From positions 124,001 through 188,000 of the forward strand of contig LSRY02000059.1 in assembly GCA_001643675.2 (NCBI GenBank): 64,000 nucleotides of DNA, in the 5' to 3' direction. This document shows, one piece after another, positions 23,001-31,410 of the stretch. This stretch comes from Monocercomonoides exilis PA203. Lineage: Eukaryota; Protista; Preaxostyla. Positions within the stretch are counted from its first letter, which is position 1. Every line of letters begins with the position of its first letter. A program made the translations under genes and the position numbers. The notes beneath the pieces were generated by a model. That model had not been told where the DNA came from. It saw nothing but the letters and a program-made list of their open reading frames with translations, and ran no database searches.

Positions 23001-24336
23001 TGCTGTGGGAGTGCCTGACGCTCCAGATCCCGTTTGGTGATTATGAGGCAGAAATCGCTGGAGAAAAAATCAAAAATGGAGAGAGGCCGCCCATGCAGCC
23101 CATCGGCTCGTCTGCCTTCTCTGAGCTTGTCAAGGCCTGCCTGTCGGTGAACCCCGCCGACAGACAGACCCTCACCAGTCTCAAGCGCCTGCTCATCCAG
23201 CACTTCCCGCCTGGCGCTGCCATCCTCACCCTCTCCGATGCAGTCGACTACACCTGCTGCTCCGACAGACAGCAGCAACTCTCTGGCTCAGCCTCGTGCA
23301 GCTCCATCTCGGCCACTTTCATCTCGTAGAACACTGTTTTCCTCCTTCCCCCCCGATATCTTGTTCATCGGCGTGCAGGATTCGCTTCAACAAGGTGGAT
23401 GAGTGTTGTTGAATTCAGGGAAACAAATGATGAATTGGAACGAAACACCCAATTTGTTCCTTCCAAATACCATTTATGATTCTTGTTCTTTATTTTCCTT
23501 TTTGTTCTATCTTTTTGTTTGTTTGTTTGTGTTGTTGTTGTTGCACAAAATGCATCAGTGTTTGTGCATCTTTTTCTGTTTGTTCGCTTCTATCCCCACC
23601 GTTTTTGTTTTTGTGACACTTCACCTTTGCCATTTTCTGCTCTTCCCCATGATGCTCATCTTCTTTTGTGTTTGTCTTGTTTTTTTGTGTTTTTTCGAAT
23701 CCAAAAAATGAAGTGATTGTTGAAAACAGATAAACTCAATTCTTTGAACTTAAAAATGTCACATACCAGCAGCCATGCAGAGCTGCCCTCTTCGTCGTTC
23801 CACCTGAGAGAAAGAGGAAGAGACAAAACAAAATAATCTCAATTCCCCAGATTCATTCCCATTCGCTTTCCAAACAATTCCGAGCTGAAGGAAGAGCTGG
23901 ATGTGGTTGCTTCTGTGGAGCTGACGGAATTGGCTGGTGGGCTGGTGCCTGTGCCTCGCTGTCACTGGGCAGAAAATGTGTGAGTTGTTGTTGAAGGCGA
24001 GAAAGCACAATGGATGAAGACTCAAATTCCATCTCATCTCAAATGCCCAAGCCAGTTAAATTGGCTCTTTCTCATCGCTGTGAGCCGGAATCTGTCGCAT
24101 CCCAACGGTTTGAGACTCTCACTTCTCAGCAGTGCTCATTCACGTTCCTTCCTCAAATTGGCGCATTTCCTCCAGCTTTGCCAAACAACAAACATAAACC
24201 TTCACATCAACAAACAAAACACACACTTTGTCAAAAAGCTCGTCCAGCTTGGCCTCAACAAGAAATCTTGTTTTTGCATTTTTCAAAGCAAGCTGCTCTC
24301 GGACATTTGCTTTTAATGATGTAATAATAAGGATTA
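11030..24336 (+). repeat. Left arm of a ~13.3-kb inverted segmental duplication
   Basis: Colinear reverse-complement match to ~42405-55690, including ~150 bp upstream and ~1 kb downstream of the giant CDS. Identity decays at both edges, so the limits are approximate. Confidence 0.9.
11189..23329 (+). CDS. Giant (~4046 aa) Cys-rich beta-helix-repeat type I membrane protein with a C-terminal TKL-like pseudokinase (copy A)
   Basis: Single 12-kb ORF; the first ATG is 11189 (the track uses TTG at 11162). It has a hydrophobic signal-like N-terminus, Pmp-like GGA(I/V)/FxxC repeats, eight G.D...CG....PC modules, a TM helix at ~22004-22066 followed by RWKKQKRR, and a kinase C-lobe (RWKAPELL, AFSVGMMLWECLTLQIPF, GERP, CLSVNPADR). 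Confidence 0.9.
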   Translation: MPYCCVKTILLFFSAFATISTHVSTHTNEDSECENHKTVEFDLIGDSQIANSIMHAFPCSHPSYSHFQPNTKHTVAAEFVMVNSSAELKWLSIVQVSGKRGVVCTDSSSVRVVECALKLDRSSTKSMFYASRAALVLTNITLSFPFAHSAAQPLISSHPLTHTVQHNSGRVAVESSLIASVCIGAEPFLSPIHVPAIHLASTVFINVTQPHASCADAKRDGGMTEEQHTLIDSCLMDRVENGYDGGIVWGMSVCKGSFTAWNSSFCRSTRTACQRIEHSGSATTDVNECAFHNNEGSQYGGAIYHQSTGTCSIQNSEFDDCQAKTAGGACNIIYSSKVTVGTCVFSNCSANEWAGTLRLSFINQLNVNQCNTTNSAAHWAGGTVEATEIRNGSSFSNNIITSGKVITPDNNETGGGIWCSNTFGMVFSECLFRSCSSENSVGGAMSFSTREYSYLITKLSFCFFDGNQASSTGADIYASQEWSTVLVESNIVECRTSTTAPNRLFVAGSDRSHLMNRLLSQAFVSKHNGSDTPLCGITLFPCSTLGFSLTLINRSAHPVSITFAPGTYPEAEAAVDSLVLQVAGHKSSTTILPKATTRSFVSLTSGQLTFVSFTVVHGSPSAQPASHPLFSVSSTAAAWIKNCLITADTAQNNVFGAPLITMDGGALAVENCEINTITLSEAPLIRAAVTAELALTNITISAVQRGVGSGAGAECDIEDGGAVEMNNVSLSGCTCSKGDGGGVWARLRSGGRLQMGAVSAVSFEGCTAPNGQEAKGKGGGVFVSAEGGGCAMVLKEMGFSGCAAWKGNNVFVEAPVLRVVVSTSSMGFSRSGMSDEDLMGFEDGHREDPLPLAPFLKVFSPPAFVGGAKGRDFSACGFAEHPCVSIGKAAGLWFSGSKRSIILHTGFVWREEIELGGNEWSIQCEEKGDEVGVAPSAPPSHPALITTTRPAQLINVVFALPQTLSQSTTHLLCCKGATLTLTSCGIKTAGGVHSVAFVPLAVTDGKIEATNLVCSAMALAGQPLMSVAGAGAEGDIGKLSVESVSTTAECGLLEVANGGSLRVWNSTVSSPTAPLACPLLSSASAKAILLQNSTFANFDRASRNGGCIECTLADGSSLAVAGCTLSECCSRGANGGGIWVEMKSGSHFSVEGSTDADAGGDDGDGRVAGFDTCSALKSAEGEHGCGGGVYVDAEEGATDFVVGDVVFASCTAEKGSSLFVCGYDLLALINEHSLGAHREEADLAKLAGFERCATDSSFCIPLVVYLWTNFTADGFVDGAGGGDFSRCGFSEAPCRTVDHIVSTRFAPLPQRPSTITIASGSTITKALNLLPAAAPAAPQPLPSLTMQGAAQAARLSVFDLAPAEQDAFLASAITLTLHSLALCIPAALRQPRAFFCSSSRALCISACSFELREGSMLAYSLILVEEGSFSASQLAIGTDSSATAVSCLPPLVVIRSSGSVSLAGCSVAGVSHSQGNGSWAAAECQGPSARLCIANSTVCGCSAAASDGAGGGLLCSAAGGATVEISNTSFTLCSVSSEGTLAKGVGGGVFLDCAGAASGFQLSNTSFDQCSAWKGKNLFVCADSLSQLVTRTSMNFTFAIGVDEAPDLDELSGIDRASASLVLPLVLLLRSFARPCVVGGEDGVDASLCGYPDYPCQTIPYAASSRFGQSLAALRLQPPFSFRDTLCLCSQPLAVDSAAAGTQIDIRADGEGEGEALVETGIEVGLSGMCFGLPSSFAPRPRAALFWCSAATLTFTACTTAAPPSPLQYSFAVASSGTVLLCQFAMHSTAFAASPAFLLEGSSAAGSFVELHLRSTTTNAPNGLIRAASGASLRVENSTIADATMDSSEVICSPLTTTLALKNTSFANITRLRGSGGLVVGAVSGGRKFSFANCTMERCSCIESGSTRGGGVVAEVKKGGEWVFEKSTASECTVDGLAGCGGGLFLRFAVADVRYSMKGIAFAANDAWLGKDVYLVCPAPHAALHAIYWEGSAADTDPATTKWVHDDSAPQGANVSILFYLFPPSDEIVYVQSGTDPFPQCGSKVYPCATIPVGVAALSGNRTIVHLTNPNTLASSIDRDTLSLTIEGERGARSHLTIQPGGCFSLTAGTAATSFTLSQLVLLLPCSPLQSGLSVPPLITAATGRFSVVDCLFGTQDGAEDGAEASTSMTVASGEGGTILFDSVAFSHLAFAGGSRIAHMGSGSLTMEGCNITSVSGSGGGLVAGGAGAALSLKGLRVHTTPSTDGHFLKASCSAKVEIADGCEFEQCSSAAGDGGCVWCQMDGEGELGIHNSSIKACSVPASSGRGGGIFLHLLDQPNNNNNNNNFQLADLTFSANAALCGRDVFLMCTDLNESVKAARFVSLAGDGAEGEAEMEGTDTHRFGDVPVELQLFLRVRKAGEVVVSDQGYDVLGCGTRQHPCFSFWRGHANADASLPSRTMLVANSTFVQDALDVSGFLVQSSDDASSCTISVRSAVSSSAASPASAVLATAAKTAFLRILFDLPSAFSSGQSVFLSSSAPHGELFLTNITFSSASARSLSYLLLSAAGQSVHLARCVVQSLAFPDAPLLLMCTSTIAHSSFASISAPASADGGALKAVLAAEHTLATANTSFALCSCSPHSGRGGALFLDCTSSHTPNPFVLGLATSFTQNAAPVGRHVFVASLDLNATVTNSAFAFDCSPFASDPNAFVGSDTAHPATDLFRFLLPYQADAIYLSAAGSDVKRCGSEADPCESFWKGMQQVDSAAAHKTIFIDGHTLVQDPFDLSSFTVQSAPALSEGSPRPALNARSTTDTRAAPLFTNTRQLRLDSIAICTSASFANALQAVILSEGGDLVLTRCAFCSNATSHQPGDYSFVVCRGGTATADNLEMSDVCVVLPVFRLEGSCGCLVAGAAVRSARIASGCVFCFASGSAARTNGEARFVCTNSTFDTVTREDDGPCCVSAEPGSAVAAEMNSTVLESCRAGTSEWGGAWLCWLSGEGHMRMSQCRVVQCACSTRTGRGGGVCLASDLFGSLDFLFAKCAFDANTAWRGRDIFVQCRNIPSQINDTQFRFDLQPDKYNPVNAIFGADSLAPDPIDLMDFITVLQLSTVVVASAQPSPGEDSRQCGTPKLPCRTVGCALAHVYGDLFRMLAVDGQGVVNGEAVLEELSVCALDRLSADILFEGELVQTRDCLIEAVSAVAIECISFILPPSPPITHPALLHIRTGTLTLTRCNVGAPAQTPPPRIHTFLSVESAACTLRQVAVCNLACHAIAAAAGGSLVLHEVCAADVVCQSCAIAADSAEVTIASSRFTQMMADSPNTSSAHAAGAAALCLSRCNSLCVANCTFAGCSSPSPTGMSVRVLDSANAAIDCCLFDGLSHATHRLPPGNTFHEVCSWNGSMLHLQRGSAAVKDTAFANSPAGALSLSNGSATVAKCEFMSNNPSIEGYPSLRRNIICSDSGSLDVMSLKGGDGLKDGSSLWMLNDGCAFDGIVSERDSSFFIPVLESVETKEEANRMKLTFKGMLLVPCNLSFSVVKRKGDEKEIEHYDFDSNGFLSEREAEGSVAKDLISGCGSEIEVSVSILFGNSNAPSLTQPFILKNASEAKGTGNERIVEGGNKEMSIWPLIVIIVCIVCVILLVVIVVLTVRWKKQKRRTEELEVIVEDTVKKDPKAFEMVTMEMSPEDQWRRAEREAEKKNEERIKKRVYEKSLGHSESSEHLLSESGSTEYILGRDSDKIPQWMLEKEEDDEETRKRTPSPSVSSTSTTGTSDTDSTFVRGEDLCPTTSSMSNLVDAMACSSPHEKLIVDLRDSLFMLLHGKNKTKEMAIGTLKEREQTAAQILFWVANLSLHSFDEMDNPLSSLSNLSPHLVLFSEHMVICIVMHSDLLSDDDSDSSSISSSTVVTSTSNDDNDSLPSSAFEDEDSFKKECLRWKAPELLINKKMGATKESVAFSVGMMLWECLTLQIPFGDYEAEIAGEKIKNGERPPMQPIGSSAFSELVKACLSVNPADRQTLTSLKRLLIQHFPPGAAILTLSDAVDYTCCSDRQQQLSGSASCSSISATFIS

Positions 24337-24962
24337 TAGAGTTTTATATTGAAAAAAAAATGCATTTCCCGTTTAGAATACCTTTTACACAAGAAACCAA
24401 AATTTCTGTTTGCTCAATAATGCATATTACTATATTCGCTATACAAGATATGATTTCTTGAATCATTGACAACTTGTCAGATCTTACAATTCGTCTGAAA
24501 AAGATTTTTAAATATTGCTTAAATATTCAATGCAGATACTTCACCCATGTTTGCAATCCGAACATTTCTTTCGTACATAAATTCAAAAGATGATATTCAA
24601 CAGATATTAATTGCCACATCAACGCTGTACAATGAAAAATTATTGGAACAATAAATTCTTCAACACTTCATTAAATTTCAAGAAATTGAGCAAATAACTA
24701 TAAATTCACACGAGAAAAAGGGTCGTTTTGTGCATTCTACTATGCATTTTGCGCAATCAAATGTATCATTTAGAGTAATTGAATCATCTAAATGATTTTC
24801 ATCCATTCTCTTCTCGACAATCTTTACTGAAAATACGAAAGATTACACATTTAGAACATTTGTGTAAAACAAACATTTATCATAAAAAGAAAAAATATGT
24901 TTTCTAAAAGAGTGAATTGTCTCAACAATCATTTGATCTAACCCAACTTTAAATATGAACGG

Positions 24963-27900
24963 ATGGATTATGATAAAACGTCAAAATATAATTCGTATGA
25001 GGTTATGATATTAAATGCATATTATAAATTAACTTAAAAAGATATTTTGATACAAAGAACCACGTTTCCTCATGTTATTATGGAGAAATTGACTTCCTTT
25101 CATCATCAGAAAGTATAAAGCAGCTATTTTTGCTGCCTTTCGCAAGTCAATCTGTTACACTTTTTGTGCATAAAGTTGGAAACACAATAGTTCTTGAAGA
25201 TGCGGTGCAATTATCCGATTTTATTAGAATAGCTCATAAATGGAAGCATAAAAAAGAACAATCAGAGTCTTCAAATTCTTTGCATGGCAAACTAAAGATT
25301 AAAAAAAATACTGAAAACTCAACTACGCCTTGTGAAGCTCCGCAAACTCCAATTAACGAAATTCGAAATCATGCAACAAATGAAAGTACACAGAAAAATA
25401 ACATCAAGACACTTCTTCCAACTCCATCATCGTTTAAAACTATTCCTTCTTGTGTTCCAATACTACCACGTACTAAACCCACCACTTATCACCCTACTCC
25501 AGAAGTATTACCTTCATTCGCTCCTCCTCTTCGAGTACCAAAGCAAGTTAACCAAGAAAAACAGAGTTATAATTCCTCACCGGACATGAGAATAAAGTCA
25601 TGCCATACAAAAAAAATATTTTCATTTGAGGAAGATCTTGTGAAAATTCGTTCTGCAACATTGAGGAGTAACGTTGCATCATTATTGGACTGTCATGGAA
25701 TAAAAGTGATGCTAACTACAAATTCGTATGTCCCAAAGCAAAAAGAGAAGAAAACCAAAGAAAAAAAACGAAAATTGATTGAACTTCCACCGTCAGAACA
25801 GGTTCCCCGCGACGAGTCTGTTTCTTTGATTCGCCAGTCTTCTGTTCCTCCAACGACACACACTCTTCAGCAACTATCTCATTTTCTAGATCTTATTCTT
25901 CAGAATCCCGTTGCAACTTCAATGCTATTAAATTCACCTGTTAAACTGCATTCCTTGCCACAAAGGAATGCCACTATTCCCTCATCGTCAGAAGCTGTTG
26001 TGCCATCCGCAGTGTCGTCAACGCTCTCTCTCTTTTTGATGGGAGGCGCGCGTGTGATGGAGTGGCTAAAGGCACTTCAGCTGGAAGAAGGTCGAATGTT
26101 TTTTCTGGATAAAGAAAAAGGACGAAGAAACGTGGAGTTATACGATGTTGAGGAAGTTGTATCGTTTTTGAGAGATAAGCAGGATTCAGAAGATTGTGAA
26201 GATGATGAGGAAGAAGAAGAAGAGGAAGAGGAAGAAGAGGAGGAAGAGGAGGAAGAAGAAAGAAAAGACAGCGGAGAATCTGCAACGATAGATGAAGGAG
26301 AAAAGAATATTGAATGTAGAAGCAATTTTTGTGCAGGTGACAAAGGACACAGAGAATTTCTGCCAAAGTCATTGAAGCCAAGTTTCAGTCAAAAAGGAAA
26401 AACTGCAAAGCTTTATCAAATTGACGAAAAGGAAGAAGATGAAGAAGGAGAAATTGCAGATGAATCAACGTCATTCACGCAGCAACAATCAGTCACAGAA
26501 GATAGACACAAAAACGGAGACGAATCGCTTTTATCGACATCAGTTCTGTTTTATCTGTCGCTATCATCGTATCGAATTGCGCGTCGGCTGATGGAGTCCA
26601 CACAGGAACAAGACAGGGCAGCTGGCCAAGAGCTCATCCGCGGGTGCATCACAGCAATGGACACTGCAAAAAGGAACAGAAGTGCAGCGGAACAAGCAGC
26701 AGGAATCAGTCTGAGACACCCTTTTGAGGATCTCTTTCTGTCTCTCTGTCATTATTTGTACGCCCTCAGCTTTTTTCGCCCTTCGACTGCGTTTCCGTAT
26801 CAAATCATACCAGACCCTCTTGTTTTTCCATTCTTTTCAGCAGAATTGGGAACTTGCTCATCATCAGATAATTCATTGGCTTCTTCGCCAGCTCAATCTC
26901 ATCAGAGTCATTTCCTGTCGCATCAGACTCATCCTTCTGCAGTTGTCGATGGAACTTCTGTAACAATATTTCCTCCTTCCCCGTGGAGCAGCCAATCGCA
27001 GCCGCTGATGTCGAATTATTTGAACAGCAAATGCTCGTCATTGGATGTGCTTATGGATGTCGTGGAACAGTTGTCTTCTGCTTTGCAGTGTCTGCTGCAA
27101 CAGCACAAAACAGTCGAATCATCTTTCTTTCTCCAAACAGTTGACTCGCCACCATTTGCCTCTTTTTCCCAATCGCCAGAAGCTGCATCACTGCAGAATG
27201 TGACTGCATCTTTTCACAGCGTCTATTGCTTTCTCGCTGCTGTGTATTTTGATGCATTGTTCCGTGTGATATTTTTCATAGCATCTGAACTTATCGCTCA
27301 GAAAAGAGAGTTCGAAGCAATTCGTGTCCTGTTCCTTTTGTCATCGATGACCGAATCAAAACTGTCAAGTGAATTGGACAACATCCTTTTGGAGGTGCGA
27401 AATGGCTGCACACAAATTGATCCTTCGATACTTCTTGTCGACGAAGAAGACGAAGATTTAATCGGAAAAGAATCAAAAGTCGGAAGGCATCCAAATGAAA
27501 TTGCGTTGTGTGGAGTGTTCCCGCAGTGGATGGTTGTAAATGACAGCTGGCTAAACGTTGCGCCTGGCTTTGACATTTCTGACCCGTCGCATTGTCCCTC
27601 TGAAAACGGCATTCCTCTTTTTTACCCGAACAGAATTGTGTGTTCTTCTGCCTTACGAATTATGTACTCTCAATGTGCCTTTGCCCTTTCTCGTTCGACG
27701 CAAAGTGAAATGAAAGCAAAACACTCAACATTTTCTCCAATTTATCTTCCTTCTGTTCTTTTTGAGCATGTTTCCTTGTTTTCTCAGAGCAATGTTATCT
27801 CTTTGGAATATGAGTCTTCATCAGCATTGTCTTGTTATCCTATCTCTTCTTCTTCATCTTTCGTGTTTCCTATTTGTGATTTATCAACAGAGCAATTGCC

Positions 27901-30169
27901 TTCTTTAACATTCAATCCTCTGATCTCTTCTACTCCATCGACTTCATCTGCCTCGTCTTTTCCATCTTCTATTTTGAAAGATAGCAATTCTCGCATTTCG
28001 AATGAAGAGCAACATGAAGAAAATGCCTCTCATAAGTTTTATTCAATGCAAAAAATGAAGTTTGTGCAGTCTCCTTTGGATTGTCTTCAGTTGGCATATG
28101 CTTCGCTGATATCAGCTGCTTTGCCTCTTTCTCCTTCGCTTTCATCTCGCTTTTTGGCAGAAACATCAAACGCCTCCATAAACACACTTCTTACTCTATC
28201 TGACTCTGAAGACGACTCATCCTATCAACCTTCAGCAGATTCATTTGCTTCTAATTTATCTTCTTCTTCGTCTTCGTCTGCCTCTTCTGTTTCTTCTGCT
28301 TCTTCTACTTCTTCTTCTGCATCCATCATTCCTCAATCACTCCGCCACATTCTCCTTTCTTCTGCTGACATTCCTTCTCCTTCTTCTCCTTTCTCTTCGC
28401 CTCTTTCTCCAAACGATCCTCTTCCCATCCTGTTTCCCTCTGCTCCTTCCACTCAGCCAGAACCTGCTTATTCTTCTCTACCTTCTTCTTCGCCTCTCTT
28501 TTGCGTGTTTTCGATGCTCGGCCAGCTCGAAAACGAACGCGGTTGCCATTTTGCTGCTGAGATGCGCCACACAAAAGCCAAAGAGTCCTTTTCAACAGCC
28601 GCATACGCCTTTTATCTCTTGGGCGAAACTCGAAACTGTTCTGTTGTGCTGTCAAATATGTCGACAACAATTGCACTTCAAGCAGAAGAAAAGGAGATTG
28701 AACTAAACGGGCTGAAAACATGTTCCAAAGTTTCCCCGAATTTGTTATCTGAAACAGATGGCAGAGAAGAATTAAATTCGCTTGATGAAAAAACTGAAAG
28801 TTCTGCAAATTTTTCTTTGGTAGAAGCAGAATCATTGAAAGGGCAGCAATTGTTAGCCACTCGTCTCTCACAGGACGTCAATCTTTTGTGCCGTCTTTCA
28901 GTCGCACTGCAACTCAGAGCTCTCTTTCTGATGAAGCAGTCAACAGCGGAATGCAAATTTGCTTCAATAACAGCCATTCAAACAAATGATTCTTCTGAAG
29001 AGATACAAAGGAAAGATAACTCTCTTGGATTAAAAATAAATAGTTGTGAGTCAATTCAATCATCTGATATTTCAGCAACAAAGTCAGCGCAAAATTCACC
29101 TTCTCTTATTCCAACTTCAAAAAAGAATCTTTCAACTTCTCGTTCAGATTATGTTTGCATGTCTTCATCCATTTCATTTGTAACAAACATTGAAGACATG
29201 TTTTCTTCATCAAAAATGGCAGACAGACTGTCAGCGTATTTGATTCGATATGCTTCTTGCCTCCAAAAAGAAGATACAGCTGAATTGTGTCTGAATGTTG
29301 GAAGAGTGAAATCATATGAGAAGTCGTTTGTCGAATGGCTTTCGCTGATTGAAGGAGCTGCCGAGCTGAGCAAAGAAGGAGGCAACATTCTGAGAGAGGC
29401 TGTCTGCCATATGATGATTGGCGATGCTCTTCAGAACACAGGAGCCATGAAAGTTACTGTTGACGCTCATGCTACACACTTTAATGCATGCCCTTTTGCA
29501 TCTTTCTGCCCTTCTATTGCACAAAACATAGCAAAATACTCATTTGCACTGGCTCATTCGCTCCTTCATCTGAGCATTGCAGCAAAGTATTTCCGTTCTT
29601 TGTCTGAATATTCAAGGTTTGCCCATTCTCAAATCAGATACGCTAAAATTCTGTGGAGAATTGAACAAGGGCTAAGAAACAAATATACTTCAAATCTCTT
29701 CCCAAAGGAGATTGCAATTCCAAGTTCATTACAGCCGTTTTTCTTATCTTCTCAAACGGAGTTATGTTTGGATAAGTTTCAGTTCAATTCCGAAGAATGC
29801 ATTTCGATTGTTACTCAGTTAATAGCAATATTACTATCGTTGGGAGACACAAAAGAAAAGCTGACGCATTGCTTTGTTTCTCCTTCTTCTTGTCCCTCGG
29901 CCGAAGGTGAAAGGATAGATTTGTGGTATGAGCTTCTCCAAAAAGCGTTAAAAGAAGCTGTGCTTCTGTTCAACATCTCTTCCACAGTTCAACCGCGCTC
30001 GAGTAATTCTGCACATACTCTTCAAACAATAAAACAAATGTATCAAACAACATTGCAACTTTCCCCTCAAATTTTGTTGGATTCTTCAACGTCACTTGAA
30101 ACACTCCATCAAATCTTGCTCCAGTTGAATGTGATGATGGTAATTCTTCATTTGAATCCTTCTCCTTGA
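24963..30169 (+). CDS. EDRF1: EDRF1-like protein (erythroid differentiation-related factor 1 family); probable intron 25002-25057, start uncertain
   Basis: The frame upstream of the called ORF reads GEIDFLSSSESIKQLFLLPFASQSVTLFVHKVGNTIVLED, matching the EDRF1 motif DVVSDSENIKKLLKIPYSKSHVSMAVHRIGRTLLLDE as I recall it. VMEWLKALQLEEGRMFFLDKEKGRRNVELYDV matches LSFLKSNCTKEGHTYWLFK.SGSDIVKLYDL. The C-terminal half is helical/TPR-like. Confidence 0.7.
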
Positions 30170-30361
30170 ATTTGCATCATTTGTATATTTTTTCTCATTA
30201 ACTTTAAAAGTTTTAAAAAATTTTTTTATTTATTTACAAAAATTATTGTAAGTGAACAATTTTAAAGAAAGAATTTTCATGAAAAGGCGAAGTGAGCAAT
30301 ATTTATAACGAATAAGAGAAATGAAAGACCAAACACGAACAACATATGGATTTTCTAACAT

Positions 30362-30981
30362 TTAATGTACACTTGGAACCGCTCTGCGATTAACCATTTT
30401 TAAGAATGCTTCTTTTGCTTTTTGTTGTTCTGCTTCTGCTCCCTGAAACATTTCAGCTTCAACATTTGCAGCATCAAATGTCATTCCAATTGGTTCTTCA
30501 CTTTCATCCTTTTTATTCAATGCAAAAAGCGCTTTTCTTTTTGCAACTTGTGAAGCTCCTTCCATAACTCGCTCGCATCGAGTTAGACATTTTTGAAGGT
30601 CTCCATGATCTTTCTTTAAAATGCAATTGATAATGCATTCTGATGAATCTTCTTTAATTTCTTCAATATCTGCTGGTGCTTGAGTTAATGCTTCCGTTCG
30701 CTTCCAATCATTTTCAAAGGGTGCAAAAGATTTTGCAAATGCGGTTCTTGCGCATTCTAAAAGTGCTCGATGATCGTTTGTTGGACAATCAAGAATTGGT
30801 TTAAAAATGCTTGACTTATATGTGTCCTTTGAAATGAAAGTTCGTTTAAAAAGATATAAACCAAAATATTAAATAATTTTTTGCATACAAGAATGCCTTG
30901 TTCTTTTTCATCGAACAAAGGTCGTGAAATGTGATATGTATCACTGAAGCAAAGCGAAAGAAGAAAAATTGAAGCTAACAT
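30362..30981 (-). CDS. Small secreted Cys-containing hypothetical protein (185 aa); intron 30888-30827
   Basis: Exons 30981-30889 and 30826-30362 join in phase 0 across GTATGC...AAAG. Signal peptide MLASIFLLSLCFS; paired CxxxC motifs (ECIINCIL, KCLTRCE). Confidence 0.7.
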
Positions 30982-31410
30982 AAATAACGCTTCTCTTCAA
31001 TTACTAATTGAGTTTTTAAATAAAAGACTGTATAATAAACGTCTCATTCAATAAACATTGACATGACCATTGTCTCTACAAAATTTGTCAAGACCGCAAA
31101 AACAAAAAACACATAATTATCATATATTTGTAAAATGATAAGGCAAATAACAAATTTGCATTTATTCTGTTAAAATAATTCGCTTACAAACAATTTAAAA
31201 AAGCATTCAGGATTATCAAATATTTTATTAAGGTTATTTTTTTTTATTGTTAAAAATTCAAAAAGATATGTTTTTTGTTGTATCCAGTGTGAAAAATGAA
31301 TCTTCTTTATCGTTTGTTAAATTTTAGCATTAAACTTTATCAACATCGCAAATTGTGTTGTTAATAACTTGGCTGATCCTTTTTGAAATCATGCTTTCGT
31401 TCGAGTTTTG

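Noticed and set aside
24340-24900. Possible small gene between the duplication edge and EDRF1
   Set aside because: Only short stop-interrupted frames, with no recognisable motif or consistent splice model.
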